A DNA stretch of 64,000 bases from contig CAWFFT010000056.1 of the NCBI GenBank assembly GCA_963815085.1, forward strand, positions 19,872-83,871. Reading direction: 5' to 3'. This document shows, piece by piece, positions 42,974 to 52,944 of the stretch (position 1 is the stretch's first letter; every line of letters begins with the position of its first letter). Both the position numbers and the translations under genes were made by a program. The DNA comes from an uncultured Chitinophagaceae bacterium (GTDB taxonomy: Bacteria; Bacteroidota; Bacteroidia; Chitinophagales; Chitinophagaceae). The notes beneath the pieces are model-generated. The model worked only from the letters and a program-made list of their open reading frames with translations, was not told where the DNA came from and searched no databases.

Positions 42974-43513
42974 TCATTTTGGATAAGTCTGTTTATAGAA
43001 TTCAATTGATTCGTTAATAATTTTAAAAGCAATTTCTTTTTCCTGGAAATCATTTATCTCAACTTTTTTGTGTTCAAGCACTTTATATTGTTCAAAATAA
43101 TTTTTCAAAACTCTAAAAATATGCGGTGGCACTTCCTCGAGGCTTTTTATATAATTTACTGTTGGATCGTTTACTGCAATTGCTATTATTTTATCATCTA
43201 TCAGGTCAGAATCTATCATTTGCATGTTGCCAATCACAAGAGCTTCTACCAGGCATAAAGGCTGTATGGGCTCTGAACACATCACCAAAATATCCAACGG
43301 ATCGCCATCTTTCCCAAGTGTTTGCGGAATAAATCCATAGTTAACCGGGTAATGAAATGAAGAATAAATAATGCGGTCTAATTTCAGTAAACCGGTTTTT
43401 TTATCTATTTCATATTTTGATTTTGAACCTTGCGGAATTTCAATAAGCGCATTTACAATTTTTGGCGCTTCATCGCCATAAAAGGCGCCATGCCACGGAT
43501 GAAGAACGTACAT
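42974..43513 (-). CDS. ppa: Inorganic pyrophosphatase
   Basis: HPWH, EIP.GS..KYE.DK, YP.NYGFIP.T...DGDPLD, D..DDK. Confidence 0.96.
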   Translation of the reverse strand: MYVLHPWHGAFYGDEAPKIVNALIEIPQGSKSKYEIDKKTGLLKLDRIIYSSFHYPVNYGFIPQTLGKDGDPLDILVMCSEPIQPLCLVEALVIGNMQMIDSDLIDDKIIAIAVNDPTVNYIKSLEEVPPHIFRVLKNYFEQYKVLEHKKVEINDFQEKEIAFKIINESIEFYKQTYPK

Positions 43514-43540
43514 ACTTTGTGTTTTATTATTTGTCTTTGA

Positions 43541-43582
43541 AGTTATAGGTTATAAGTTAAAAGTAATAAGTTTTAAGTTTTT
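43541..43582. repeat. Six degenerate heptamer tandem units
   Basis: AGTTATA GGTTATA AGTTAAA AGTAATA AGTTTTA AGTTTTT. Confidence 0.6.
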
Positions 43583-43606
43583 ACAAAATTCACCATTCAC
43601 AATTCG

Positions 43607-43957
43607 CTATCCTTTTCCTGACTTATAACGGATTACCTCAGCTTTTTCAATCGTGATCAAACCTCCTGATTTTGATTCTTCAAAAAGATGTTCAACGGTT
43701 TTAATAAAATCATTTATTTTTTCGAGCGTATCAACTATTTCAACAACAACAGGAAGGTCGGAAGATATATCAAATAGTTTGGCTGTATGAATTTTACTGT
43801 TGGCACCAAAGCCCATGATTCCCCGTGTAACTGTTGCGCCTGAAAGTGATTGTTTTTTAGCTTCAAAAACTATTGTTTCATAAAGCGGCTGCTGATGATA
43901 TTTATCTGATTCTCCAAGAAAGATGCGAAGAAGTTTCGCATTGGGATCATTGGTCAT
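43607..43957 (-). CDS. DUF190 (PII-like) protein
   Basis: LLRIF.GE.D....PLYE.I, GATV.RGI.GFG, S.DLP...EIVD; follows crcB. Confidence 0.92.
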   Translation of the reverse strand: MTNDPNAKLLRIFLGESDKYHQQPLYETIVFEAKKQSLSGATVTRGIMGFGANSKIHTAKLFDISSDLPVVVEIVDTLEKINDFIKTVEHLFEESKSGGLITIEKAEVIRYKSGKG

Positions 43958-43958
43958 T

Positions 43959-44339
43959 TTATAAATATTTTATTATAGATATTCCGCCAAAAGTTGCTGC
44001 AAGCCCAAACATAATACTGAAAGCAACATAAGAAAAGGCAGGTACATATTCCGCATCGCGGAGCATACTTACTGTTTCATTTGAAAAGGAAGAGAATGTA
44101 GTAAAACCGCCCATAATTCCTGTTGCCAGGAAAAGCCGCCATGCGGGGGAAACATTTCCCCTGTCGCTTAAACCATAAATAACGCCAATCAAAAAACAAC
44201 CTAAAATGTTAACTAATAACGTGCCATAAGGGAAAGTTGAAAGAAATTTATTTTGAATAAATAAGCTGATGAGATAGCGTGAAATACCTCCAATAAAACT
44301 TCCCAATCCGATGGCCAATATAATTTTCATTTTTACCAT
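43959..44339 (-). CDS. crcB: Fluoride efflux channel CrcB/FluC
   Basis: GG..RY, FP.GT..VN..G.F.IG, TG..GGFTTFS.F. Confidence 0.95.
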   Translation of the reverse strand: MVKMKIILAIGLGSFIGGISRYLISLFIQNKFLSTFPYGTLLVNILGCFLIGVIYGLSDRGNVSPAWRLFLATGIMGGFTTFSSFSNETVSMLRDAEYVPAFSYVAFSIMFGLAATFGGISIIKYL

Positions 44340-44360
44340 TTATTTTTAAAATATCGGAAT

Positions 44361-44762
44361 TTAATTGTCATGAAAGGTATATTTAAAATCAACAAGCCAA
44401 TCTTTATTTTGTTTTACCAATTTAATTTTTGAAGGTTTATTTTTAAAACTATTGGTATAATAAAGAATCTCTACTGAATCAGATTTAGCTATGAGAGAAT
44501 CTATGATAATATTTGCCTCGCTATAGCCACGCCTTGTTTCTGCATCCAGTTTCGAATTGAAATCTTTAAGTCCCTGGAAGTATTCGTTATTGGTACTATC
44601 CTTCAATAAATATTTTTCCGCAACTTTATAATCTCCTTTAAGTGAAGCTTCTATAAATCCTCTGCCGGAAGTAAGGGGATCGCTTTTATCAACCGGCGCA
44701 TCGTTGCTGCAGCCTGAAGTAAAAAATACAATTACAGAAAGTAGAATAAAAGCCGGTTTCAT
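44361..44762 (-). CDS. Hypothetical lipoprotein (DUF4878-like)
   Basis: Lipobox TSGC; C-terminal LVK....W.VD as in the neighbouring gene. Confidence 0.6.
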   Translation of the reverse strand: MKPAFILLSVIVFFTSGCSNDAPVDKSDPLTSGRGFIEASLKGDYKVAEKYLLKDSTNNEYFQGLKDFNSKLDAETRRGYSEANIIIDSLIAKSDSVEILYYTNSFKNKPSKIKLVKQNKDWLVDFKYTFHDN

Positions 44763-44806
44763 TTCTTATTTTATGATGAAGGTAAATATCTTTAAGTTTA
44801 AAATAA

Positions 44807-44836
44807 AGAACACCTCTTTGCAAAGGTGTTCTTTTT
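44807..44836. terminator. Bidirectional terminator-like hairpin
   Basis: AAGAACACCT..AGGTGTTCTT with A/T runs on both sides. Confidence 0.6.
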
Positions 44837-44862
44837 ATAAATTCGAATATTTTTTTTCTTGC

Positions 44863-45408
44863 TTATTTATTGCTGTCGTTCATACTTCCGTTCTGTTGCA
44901 TTTTCTGCATTTGGCTCATGGCGCTGTCCATGCCTTGTCTCATTTGCGCGCTATCCATATTTCCGGGTCCATTCATGCCATGCTCCTTCATTTTTTTATT
45001 GGCCATTTCCATTAATGTCGACATGTCAAAAGCCACTTTCCAATCTCCTTTTTCTTTTTTCAACAGAAAATCCGTTGATTCATTTGATTTTGAATCGATG
45101 ACTGGAACAGTTGCCTGATCGCCTTCAATTTTTGCGGAACCCATTTTCATATTATTAATCATATCCATCATTTTATCGGCATGGCCTTCCTGGTTTGCAT
45201 TTTGCATGCTTTGCATTCCCATTTCCATGAGGCTTATCATACCATCACTATCTTCCGTAGCATAGGTTTTCGCTTTTGCAAAATCTTTTTTTGAAAGTGC
45301 TGTCAAAAAACCCTGAAGTACTTCTTTAGGATCGCCTTTTTTAGCAGATTTACAACCTGAAAGAATAAACACAAACGCCGTAACAGCTAATACTACTATC
45401 TTCTTCAT
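44863..45408 (-). CDS. DUF4878 lipoprotein with Met/Gln-rich tail
   Basis: Lipobox LSGC; P..V...F..AL...DF..AK..AT, L.KE.G.WKV. Confidence 0.75.
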   Translation of the reverse strand: MKKIVVLAVTAFVFILSGCKSAKKGDPKEVLQGFLTALSKKDFAKAKTYATEDSDGMISLMEMGMQSMQNANQEGHADKMMDMINNMKMGSAKIEGDQATVPVIDSKSNESTDFLLKKEKGDWKVAFDMSTLMEMANKKMKEHGMNGPGNMDSAQMRQGMDSAMSQMQKMQQNGSMNDSNK

Positions 45409-45473
45409 GGAATTTTAATTTTAATGAATGCAGCAAAAGTAAATTTTATTTTTAAAAGTACTCTTCCGGGTAA

Positions 45474-45501
45474 AATAAAAAAGGCGGCATTTGTGCCGCC
45501 T
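45474..45501 (-). terminator. Intrinsic terminator after phoH
   Basis: Minus strand AGGCGGCA-CAAA-TGCCGCCT followed by a T-rich run. Confidence 0.75.
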
Positions 45502-45521
45502 GCAAAAAACTTGTGTAACTG

Positions 45522-46496
45522 TTATTTCAAATCCTGCAATTCTTTTAATTTTTCTTTGTCGTAGGCTTTAATGATCGCTTTAACCAATTTATGCCTTACT
45601 ACATCTTCTTCATCAAGCACCACATGACCGATTCCATCAATATTAGCCAGGATGCGTACCGATTTTTCAAGCCCACTTTTCACTTTTGGAGGAAGATCAA
45701 TTTGAGTGACATCGCCCGTAATGATTGCTTTTGCGCTGGCGCCGATCCTTGTCAGGAACATTTTCAACTGGAGGTCTGTAGCATTTTGCGCTTCGTCCAA
45801 AATAATAAAAGCGTTATCCAGCGTACGGCCACGCATATACGCTAATGGAGCAATTTCGATGGCGCGTGTTGTCATGTAATAGCCCAATTTATCTGCGGGA
45901 ATCATATCATCAAGTGCATCGTAAAGTGGCCTTAAATAAGGATCAATCTTTTCTTTCAGATCACCTGGTAAAAAACCAAGGCTTTCACCTGCTTCAACTG
46001 CCGGCCGGGTGAGAATGATTTTTTTTACCTGTTTGTTTTTTAAGGCCCTTACGGCGAGTGCAACAGCCGTATAGGTTTTACCGGTACCGGCAGGACCTAT
46101 AGCAAAAACGATATCATTTTTATCAATCGCCTGCACCATTTTTTTCTGGTTGGAAGTGCGTGCTCTGACACTTTTGCCATGCGGCCCAAAAACCAAAACG
46201 TCAGTTTGGTTTTTTTCCATAAAATAATCGATTACTTTTTCATCATCGCCACCGAGGATTTGTTCTAGATAGTTTTCGCTCATGTTACCATTTCTTTCGA
46301 GGTATTGAACGGCCAGGTTTATTTTATCTCTTGCATTTTCTATCTGTTCGGGAGCGCCGCTGAGCTTTATCTGGGTGCCACGGCTAAGGATTTTAAGGCG
46401 CGGAAATTTCTTTTTTAGTATATCAAGTTTACCGTTATTTACACCGAAGAATTCGATAGGGCTAACGGTTTCGAGGTTTATTATTGTTTCAGTCAA
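45522..46496 (-). CDS. phoH: PhoH family ATPase
   Basis: [49 protein letters not shown]. Confidence 0.93.
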   Translation of the reverse strand: MTETIINLETVSPIEFFGVNNGKLDILKKKFPRLKILSRGTQIKLSGAPEQIENARDKINLAVQYLERNGNMSENYLEQILGGDDEKVIDYFMEKNQTDVLVFGPHGKSVRARTSNQKKMVQAIDKNDIVFAIGPAGTGKTYTAVALAVRALKNKQVKKIILTRPAVEAGESLGFLPGDLKEKIDPYLRPLYDALDDMIPADKLGYYMTTRAIEIAPLAYMRGRTLDNAFIILDEAQNATDLQLKMFLTRIGASAKAIITGDVTQIDLPPKVKSGLEKSVRILANIDGIGHVVLDEEDVVRHKLVKAIIKAYDKEKLKELQDLK

Positions 46497-46679
46497 TAGG
46501 GTTATTTTAATAGGTTAAGAAATAAGATTTTTTGTAATCAAATATAAAAAACTCAAATCTTTCTATACTAATTTACTTATTCACATTAGAATAAAAATGT
46601 TAAAAACTTCTTTTATTATTTTAAAAAAAAGACCAACGGATAATTTTTTTTTAATACTTTCGGAAACAAATTATAAATT

Positions 46680-47192
46680 ATGAAAAAAAGTATCCTTGTT
46701 GTTTTCGCATGTTTAGTATGTGTTTTCTCCTTCCAGGCCTTTACAAGTCACAACCAACCACCAGACTGGCAAAATTTGAAAATATTACCCCAGGACATTT
46801 CTAAAGATGGCCTTGATAGTGTAATGCATCATTTTACCAGTTCACTGGGTGTAAGGTGTAATTATTGCCATACCGGAAATCCGGCAGAGCATAAAATGGA
46901 TTTTGCAAGTGATGAAAAACCTGAAAAGCTAATCGCACGCAAAATGATGCTCATGACAATTGATATTAATAAAAATCATTTTCAGCAGTTAGCAGAAATG
47001 ATGAAAGACGATGACGATGATAAGCCTGCTTCAACTGATACCTCAGCCGTTTCTTACATGCTCAAATACGTTACGTGTTATACCTGCCATCACGGTGATG
47101 CACACCCGAAAAATAAACCACCAAAGGGGATGAATGAAAACCGTCCGCCAATGCCACCTCCCCCACCGGCACCGCCGCAAAATAACCAGTAA
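46680..47192 (+). CDS. Di-heme c-type cytochrome (reaction-centre cytochrome c-like)
   Basis: Signal peptide; NLKILP, M.....SLGV.CNYCH, FASD.K.EK..AR.M, CYTCH; Pro-rich tail. Confidence 0.85.
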   Translation: MKKSILVVFACLVCVFSFQAFTSHNQPPDWQNLKILPQDISKDGLDSVMHHFTSSLGVRCNYCHTGNPAEHKMDFASDEKPEKLIARKMMLMTIDINKNHFQQLAEMMKDDDDDKPASTDTSAVSYMLKYVTCYTCHHGDAHPKNKPPKGMNENRPPMPPPPPAPPQNNQ

Positions 47193-47211
47193 AATAATTT
47201 TTTAATAAAAG

Positions 47212-47245
47212 AAATACCCGGAAAATTCTTCCGGGTATTTTTATT
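47212..47245. terminator. Bidirectional terminator between convergent genes
   Basis: AAATACCCGGAA..TTCCGGGTATTT followed by a T run. Confidence 0.75.
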
Positions 47246-47316
47246 TCTAACGATTTAAATGTAAAATATAAATGCTTTTTATTTGTGTGTTTACTGTTTA
47301 ATAACCAATAAACGAA

Positions 47317-49071
47317 TTAACTCTCCCTCTTCCCCTCCAGCAACAGTTTCAAAGCATGGTCAAAGTCTCCGGCAGCAGTTACTTCACCGGAATTGACGAA
47401 GAAAATCTCATCCGCATTTTCAATGGTATTTAGCCTGTGTGCAATAATAACTTCAGTTGTTGATGAAGGTAATTTCTGCAGAATATCTTCCAATAATTTT
47501 TCGGTGATTGTATCAATATTGGCAGTGGCTTCATCTAAGATCAGCAATTCGGGTTTGCGCAAAACGGCTCTTATAAAAGCGATCAATTGTTTTTCGCCAA
47601 GGCTCATCGAATCCCCGCCGGAAACGATCTTAGTATCCAAACCATCTTCAAATCTTTCAACCAAACTTCCAAGCCCTTCTTCTTTTAAAACATCATTCAA
47701 TTGTTGTTTGTCAAAAAGTTTGTAAGCTTCATTTCCATATAAAATATTATCACGAACAGTACCATTGAACAAAAAAGGTTCCTGCAAAATGAAGCCGATC
47801 TTTTTACTTAATTCTTCTGAAGAATAACTTTTCAAATCTTTACCGTTTAAAAAAACTTCGCCTTCTGTAGGATCATACAATCTTGAAATCAAAGACGCGG
47901 TTGTCGTTTTCCCTCCTCCAGTCGGACCGACAAAAGCATATCTCTTTCCTTGTTCTAATTTAAAATTGATGTCGTGCAAAACTTCTTTGCCATTAGAATA
48001 TTTGAAGGAAACATTTTTAAAAACCAGCAAAGGTGCATTCGAAATTTCAACTGACGACGTTTCTGTTTTGTGTGAAAGATCTGACTCTAAATTTAAGATA
48101 ATTGAAATTCTGTCCCATGCAGCCATCGCTGTTTGAAAGCTTGCCCAAAGTGTTGCAAGCTGGCGCAGTGGCTGGTAAAAATATTGTACATAAGCAATAA
48201 AACTAATCAACAAACCAATGGTGAAATTGCCGGTAGAAATCAGGTAAATTCCAAACGCCAAAACGATCAACTGCGCGATGTTGGAGAAAAGCGTGAACAC
48301 CGGTACAAAAACAGTATTTACCAAACCAGCAGCTACGGCGGTTTTGTAGTTAATTAAATTCGCTCCATTGAACTTCTTCCTGAAATAATCTCTTCGGTTA
48401 AAAGCCACAATGGTTTTAAAATTTCCCAAACCTTCCTGTATCTCAGCGCTAAGGCCGCCAGTGCTTTTCAGGCTTGCCGCATTTCTTTTCTTTACGAGTG
48501 GTGAAATAAGTTTTACAAAAATTAGAATAAAAACTCCGGGGATTAATGCAGAAGCGCCAAGTTCTACATGAATAGCGAGGAGGAAAATAGCCGCTCCTGT
48601 CATGGTAAAGATGCTGTCTACAAATTGCAGAAGCGATTGGGAAAAAAACTGGTTTACCCTATCCGTATCGTTGTTGATTCTTGAGATAAGATCACCGGCT
48701 TTGTTTTGGTTAAAAAAAGCGATTGGCAGACTTTGTATTTTATTAAAAACTGCATTGCGTAAGCTATACAACATTCTTTGGCCGATGCTGCCCATTATCT
48801 TTGTCTGTAAATAATCTGTAACTGCGGAGATTATAAAAAGGCCTAATAATATTCCTGAAAATATCATTAATCCGCGGTACAGTTTTGTCTGTATATAATG
48901 ATCAATCGTGTAACCAATCAGGTAAGGAGTCAGCATCGCAATCCCTGAATTCAACGCCATCACAATAAAAGCAATGTAAAGGTTTCGCTTCTCTTCCTTC
49001 ATGAATTGCAACATTTTTTTCAGTGCTGCTTTTGTAGAAGTTTTGTGTTCTATATTAAGATTGTAATTCAT
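47317..49071 (-). CDS. ABC exporter, fused TMD-NBD (heterodimer subunit)
   Basis: GPTGGGKTT, MSLGEKQ, LDEATAN.D, IAHRL. Confidence 0.93.
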   Translation of the reverse strand: MNYNLNIEHKTSTKAALKKMLQFMKEEKRNLYIAFIVMALNSGIAMLTPYLIGYTIDHYIQTKLYRGLMIFSGILLGLFIISAVTDYLQTKIMGSIGQRMLYSLRNAVFNKIQSLPIAFFNQNKAGDLISRINNDTDRVNQFFSQSLLQFVDSIFTMTGAAIFLLAIHVELGASALIPGVFILIFVKLISPLVKKRNAASLKSTGGLSAEIQEGLGNFKTIVAFNRRDYFRKKFNGANLINYKTAVAAGLVNTVFVPVFTLFSNIAQLIVLAFGIYLISTGNFTIGLLISFIAYVQYFYQPLRQLATLWASFQTAMAAWDRISIILNLESDLSHKTETSSVEISNAPLLVFKNVSFKYSNGKEVLHDINFKLEQGKRYAFVGPTGGGKTTTASLISRLYDPTEGEVFLNGKDLKSYSSEELSKKIGFILQEPFLFNGTVRDNILYGNEAYKLFDKQQLNDVLKEEGLGSLVERFEDGLDTKIVSGGDSMSLGEKQLIAFIRAVLRKPELLILDEATANIDTITEKLLEDILQKLPSSTTEVIIAHRLNTIENADEIFFVNSGEVTAAGDFDHALKLLLEGKRES

Positions 49072-49074
49072 TTT

Positions 49075-50871
49075 TTAAACCGTTAAATCAGTTGTACTTT
49101 TTTGTGACTGGTAAATCTGAACATACTCCGGCGAATGTTGCATGAGGTATTCATGTTTTCCTTTTGCAACTAATTCACCTTCCATCAACACGATGATTTG
49201 GTCATAATCTTTTACAGGATCAATTTTTTGTGTTACTGAAACCAATGTTATTTCCGGATAATTCTCTTTTACATTTCTTGCAATTTTTTCTTCCGTGAGT
49301 GTGTCAACTCTTGCTGTAAAATCATCAAGTAATAAGATTTCAGGATTGATCGCTAAAGCTCTTGCAAGCATGATACGCTGTTTTTGTCCGCCGGAAAGAC
49401 TGGATCCGCGTTCAGAAACAATTGTATCTAATCCTTGTGGAAGTGTATGAATGAAATCATTTAACTCTGCAGTTTCAATCGCTTTTTGCAGATCTTCTTC
49501 AGTCACTTCAGTATTAAAAGCAATGTTTTCACGAAGGCTTAAATTAAAAATGATACTGTCCTGGAAAACCAGGCCTATCTGGCTAAGCAACGAATCCCTG
49601 TTGTATTCATTTATATTGATTCCATCGTAAAAAATATGGCCTTTATTCGGTTTTATTAATGTAGTTAATAAATAAAGTAGTTGTGTTTTTCCCGCAGCAG
49701 TTGGGCCAATAATAGCGGTTCTTGTTCCTCCCTCTATCGAAAATGAAACATTTTTTAATGCAGGATTTTCTCCATAAAAAATACTTATATTTTCCAAATT
49801 AATATTCCCGTTTAATTGTTTGTTTACTGTTCCTTTGTCAACAAAATCAGGAGTTTCAAGTGTATTGTGAATTCGCTGATAAGAGGCTGAAGCCCGTGCA
49901 ATTACATTGCTCATAAAACCGATCATAATAATGGGGAAAATTAAAATGGCGATGTAACTGTTAAAGGCTGCAAATTCTCCCAACGTCATTGTACTGTTAA
50001 TTACGTAATGACCGCCTAAAGCCAAAACAGTAAGGCGTGCGAGATTAGAAGTTAAAATAATTATGGGGATGAGCGTAGCGAACAAACGCAAAATGGACAA
50101 GCCAAGGTTTTTGGCTTCCGTATTGGCATCCATGAATTTGTTGTACTCGGTAAATTGCGCATTAAGAACACGAATAAGCGCAGCGCCAAGAATACTTTCA
50201 TTTATGACTTTATTAAGCCAGTCAATAACTTCCTGCGATTTTTTAAATAGTGTTCTTACTTTTTTAAAAATTAAAAAGAAAGTAGTTGCAATAATTGGGA
50301 TGATCAGAAGTACAAACAGTCCTAACCTCCAGTTGATATTCAACAATAAAATACTTGCACCGATAATTAATATCAATGAAGAAACGATGGAAACAATTGC
50401 CTGTGAAACAAATAGTTTTATAGCATCCACATCAGAAGTAAGATTGGTAAGAAGCTTGCCTGGCGTAACATCCTGAATGTACACGTAATCCTGTTGAGAA
50501 ATTTTTGAAGCGAGCTTTTTTCGCATATCTCTTGCCACTCTTTCTGAGGCAAATGTTTGAATGATGCTTTGAACATAAGTGAAAATAAAAATAAGAATAG
50601 CAGCGATAGAAAACCAGGTTACTATCTTTTTCATGCTGAAAGTTCCTTTTGAAAAATCATCAATACCAAACTGGATGATTTTAGGAATGACAAGATTAAG
50701 GCCGTTGCTCAATAAAGCAAATAGCAATAACAGACTGATCATTCCTGAATAAGGTTTCAGTATCTTAAAAATGTTAGGCTTTTTTTGTTTTGGCTTTTTT
50801 TTCTGTGACTTCATTCCCCGTTTTTTCAATAAGAAAAATATAATCTGTAAAATTTTAAATTTTGAATACAA
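49075..50871 (-). CDS. ABC exporter, fused TMD-NBD (degenerate-site subunit)
   Basis: GPTAAGKT, LSGGQKQR, LLDDFT (E to D), TQKI (H to Q); start probably MKSQKK at 50814. Confidence 0.93.
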   Translation of the reverse strand: MYSKFKILQIIFFLLKKRGMKSQKKKPKQKKPNIFKILKPYSGMISLLLLFALLSNGLNLVIPKIIQFGIDDFSKGTFSMKKIVTWFSIAAILIFIFTYVQSIIQTFASERVARDMRKKLASKISQQDYVYIQDVTPGKLLTNLTSDVDAIKLFVSQAIVSIVSSLILIIGASILLLNINWRLGLFVLLIIPIIATTFFLIFKKVRTLFKKSQEVIDWLNKVINESILGAALIRVLNAQFTEYNKFMDANTEAKNLGLSILRLFATLIPIIILTSNLARLTVLALGGHYVINSTMTLGEFAAFNSYIAILIFPIIMIGFMSNVIARASASYQRIHNTLETPDFVDKGTVNKQLNGNINLENISIFYGENPALKNVSFSIEGGTRTAIIGPTAAGKTQLLYLLTTLIKPNKGHIFYDGININEYNRDSLLSQIGLVFQDSIIFNLSLRENIAFNTEVTEEDLQKAIETAELNDFIHTLPQGLDTIVSERGSSLSGGQKQRIMLARALAINPEILLLDDFTARVDTLTEEKIARNVKENYPEITLVSVTQKIDPVKDYDQIIVLMEGELVAKGKHEYLMQHSPEYVQIYQSQKSTTDLTV

Positions 50872-50975
50872 AGTAAACCGAAAATTTTTTTATTAACTGA
50901 TGGCTTTTCGGTAGATAAACTTTTTAAAAGGATGAATTGAGGATTGTAACAGGTAAAATCTTTTCTTTACAAAAA

Positions 50976-52376
50976 TCATAGCCCGTTTCCTTTTAGGAAA
51001 TAAAGTGCCACATTAAAGAAGATCACCAAACCTGTAACATCCACCAACGTTGCTACAAAAGGTGCGGAAGAAGAAGCAGGGTCTGCGCCTAATTTTTTTA
51101 GAAGTATCGGTAACATACTTCCAGTAAGTGATCCCCAAAGAACAACGCCTACTAATGAAAAACTGATACTGAACGCGATAAGAACCCAATGAAGGCCATA
51201 TATATCAGCCATAAAACCATGATGCATCAGCAAGCTCCATACAAAAATTCTGAAGAAGCCGATTATGCCAAGAATTACTCCTAATAAAAGACCTGATAAA
51301 ATTTCGCGGCGCATCACATGCCACCAATCTGCAATTGCCACTTCTCCGAGCGCCATTGCCTGGATAATTAAAGTGGAAGCCTGTGAACCGCTGTTTCCGC
51401 CACTGCTCATGATAAGTGGAATAAAATTGGTTAGCACGATCATCCGTGAAAGTTCATCGTTGTAAAAAGCCATTGCAGTAGCAGTAAACATTTCACTTAA
51501 AAAAAGAATGATAAGCCAGCCGACTCTTTTTCTCACCAAAGTAAAAATCGGTGTTTCGAGGTAAGGAGTATCAAGTGCTTCCGCACCACCTATCTTTTGG
51601 ATGTCTTCACTGAACTCTTCATTCGTAACCCACAAAACGTCATCGATGGTAACAATGCCGAGTAATACATTATAATCGTCTACAACGGGCAGGGCTACAC
51701 GATTATTCATTTTAAAAACTTCATTAGCCGTTTCCTGGTCGTCGTTTACATTTAGTTCAATGAAGCGACCGTCCATCATTTCGCTCACTTTAGTATCCGG
51801 CGAAGCCAGGATAAATTCCCTGATTCGGAGATCATCCAGTAATTCGCCGTGTTTGTTGATCACATATACGACATCAATCGTTTCGGTATTTTTTCCGACG
51901 TTGCGGATGATATTTAAAACTTCAGCAACGGTATTGTATTCATAAACATATACATAATCAGGCGTCATTAACCGCCCTACGCTGTTTTCAGGATAACCCA
52001 AAAGTGAAAGTGTGATTTTTCTTTCTTCAGGCACAAGCGTTTTTACCAGTTCGCGAACAACTTCATTTGGAAGATCTTCAAAAAATGATGTGCGGTCATC
52101 TGGTTCCATTTTATTCAGCAATTCAGCACTCTTACTTGGAGGAAGATCTTTGATTATTCTTTTCTGCGTTGGATGATCCAGGATTTTAAAAAGAGCCAGG
52201 GCACGATGCATGGAGAGATACAGGAAAATATCAATTTCCCTGTCTTCATTTTCTTCAATAAGTTCAGCAACATCACTGATGTTTTGTTCGTTTAAAAACT
52301 CACTGATCGCTTCTTTATTTCCCGTTGCGAGAACATCCTGAAATTGCTCCTGAACCAAAATTTCTTCTTCGGCCAT
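50976..52376 (-). CDS. mgtE: Magnesium transporter MgtE
   Basis: GRLMTPDY, CBS pair, R..WL, GGNSGSQ, DPA..S.PFVAT.VDVTG. Confidence 0.96.
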   Translation of the reverse strand: MAEEEILVQEQFQDVLATGNKEAISEFLNEQNISDVAELIEENEDREIDIFLYLSMHRALALFKILDHPTQKRIIKDLPPSKSAELLNKMEPDDRTSFFEDLPNEVVRELVKTLVPEERKITLSLLGYPENSVGRLMTPDYVYVYEYNTVAEVLNIIRNVGKNTETIDVVYVINKHGELLDDLRIREFILASPDTKVSEMMDGRFIELNVNDDQETANEVFKMNNRVALPVVDDYNVLLGIVTIDDVLWVTNEEFSEDIQKIGGAEALDTPYLETPIFTLVRKRVGWLIILFLSEMFTATAMAFYNDELSRMIVLTNFIPLIMSSGGNSGSQASTLIIQAMALGEVAIADWWHVMRREILSGLLLGVILGIIGFFRIFVWSLLMHHGFMADIYGLHWVLIAFSISFSLVGVVLWGSLTGSMLPILLKKLGADPASSSAPFVATLVDVTGLVIFFNVALYFLKGNGL

Positions 52377-52443
52377 GAGAATCGTTTTAAGCCATGAGGG
52401 CGCAAAATTAATTTATTTTTATCTTTAGTAAAACGTTTAATTA

Positions 52444-52937
52444 GCTGATTAGCCAATTAGCTGACGTGCCAATGAGAAATAGGAATTATCAAAATAAGTT
52501 CGTTTACTATCAAATTTTAATTAATTACTGTGATGATAAAAGGTTATTTGTTTATAAAAAAAACTGCATCAAAAGGAAGAGGTGTTTTTACCAGAGAAGC
52601 TATCAAACAAAATACGCTAATTGAGGAAGCGCCTGTGATCGTTATGCGTGCTGAAGATCGCATCAATATTGATAAAACATTGCTTCATGATTATATTTTT
52701 GCATGGGGCGAAAAAAAAGATAAATGCTGCATGGCATTAGGTTTCGTGCCACTTTACAACCACAGTTATACCAGCAACTGTGAATATTTTATGGATTTTG
52801 AGGAAGAAACTATCCAGGTTAAAACAGTGCGTAAAATTAGTGCGGGCGAAGAATTGACGATTAATTATAACGGCGATTGGAATGATTCAAAAAAGATTTG
52901 GTTTGAGGTTTCTTAATTAGCTCATTGGCTAATCAGC
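52444..52937. repeat. 19-bp inverted repeats (18/19) flanking the SET gene
   Basis: GCTGATTAGCCAATTAGCT at 52444-52462; reverse complement of 52919-52937 is GCTGATTAGCCAATGAGCT. Confidence 0.7.
52530..52916 (+). CDS. Stand-alone SET domain protein
   Basis: KGRGVF, YNHS...N, I..GEELTINY. Confidence 0.92.
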   Translation: MMIKGYLFIKKTASKGRGVFTREAIKQNTLIEEAPVIVMRAEDRINIDKTLLHDYIFAWGEKKDKCCMALGFVPLYNHSYTSNCEYFMDFEEETIQVKTVRKISAGEELTINYNGDWNDSKKIWFEVS

Positions 52938-52944
52938 GAATTAG

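Noticed and set aside
47143-47178. C-rich stretch resembling the leuS repeat
   Set aside because: Simply encodes the polyproline tail of the cytochrome; no complementary G-rich arm
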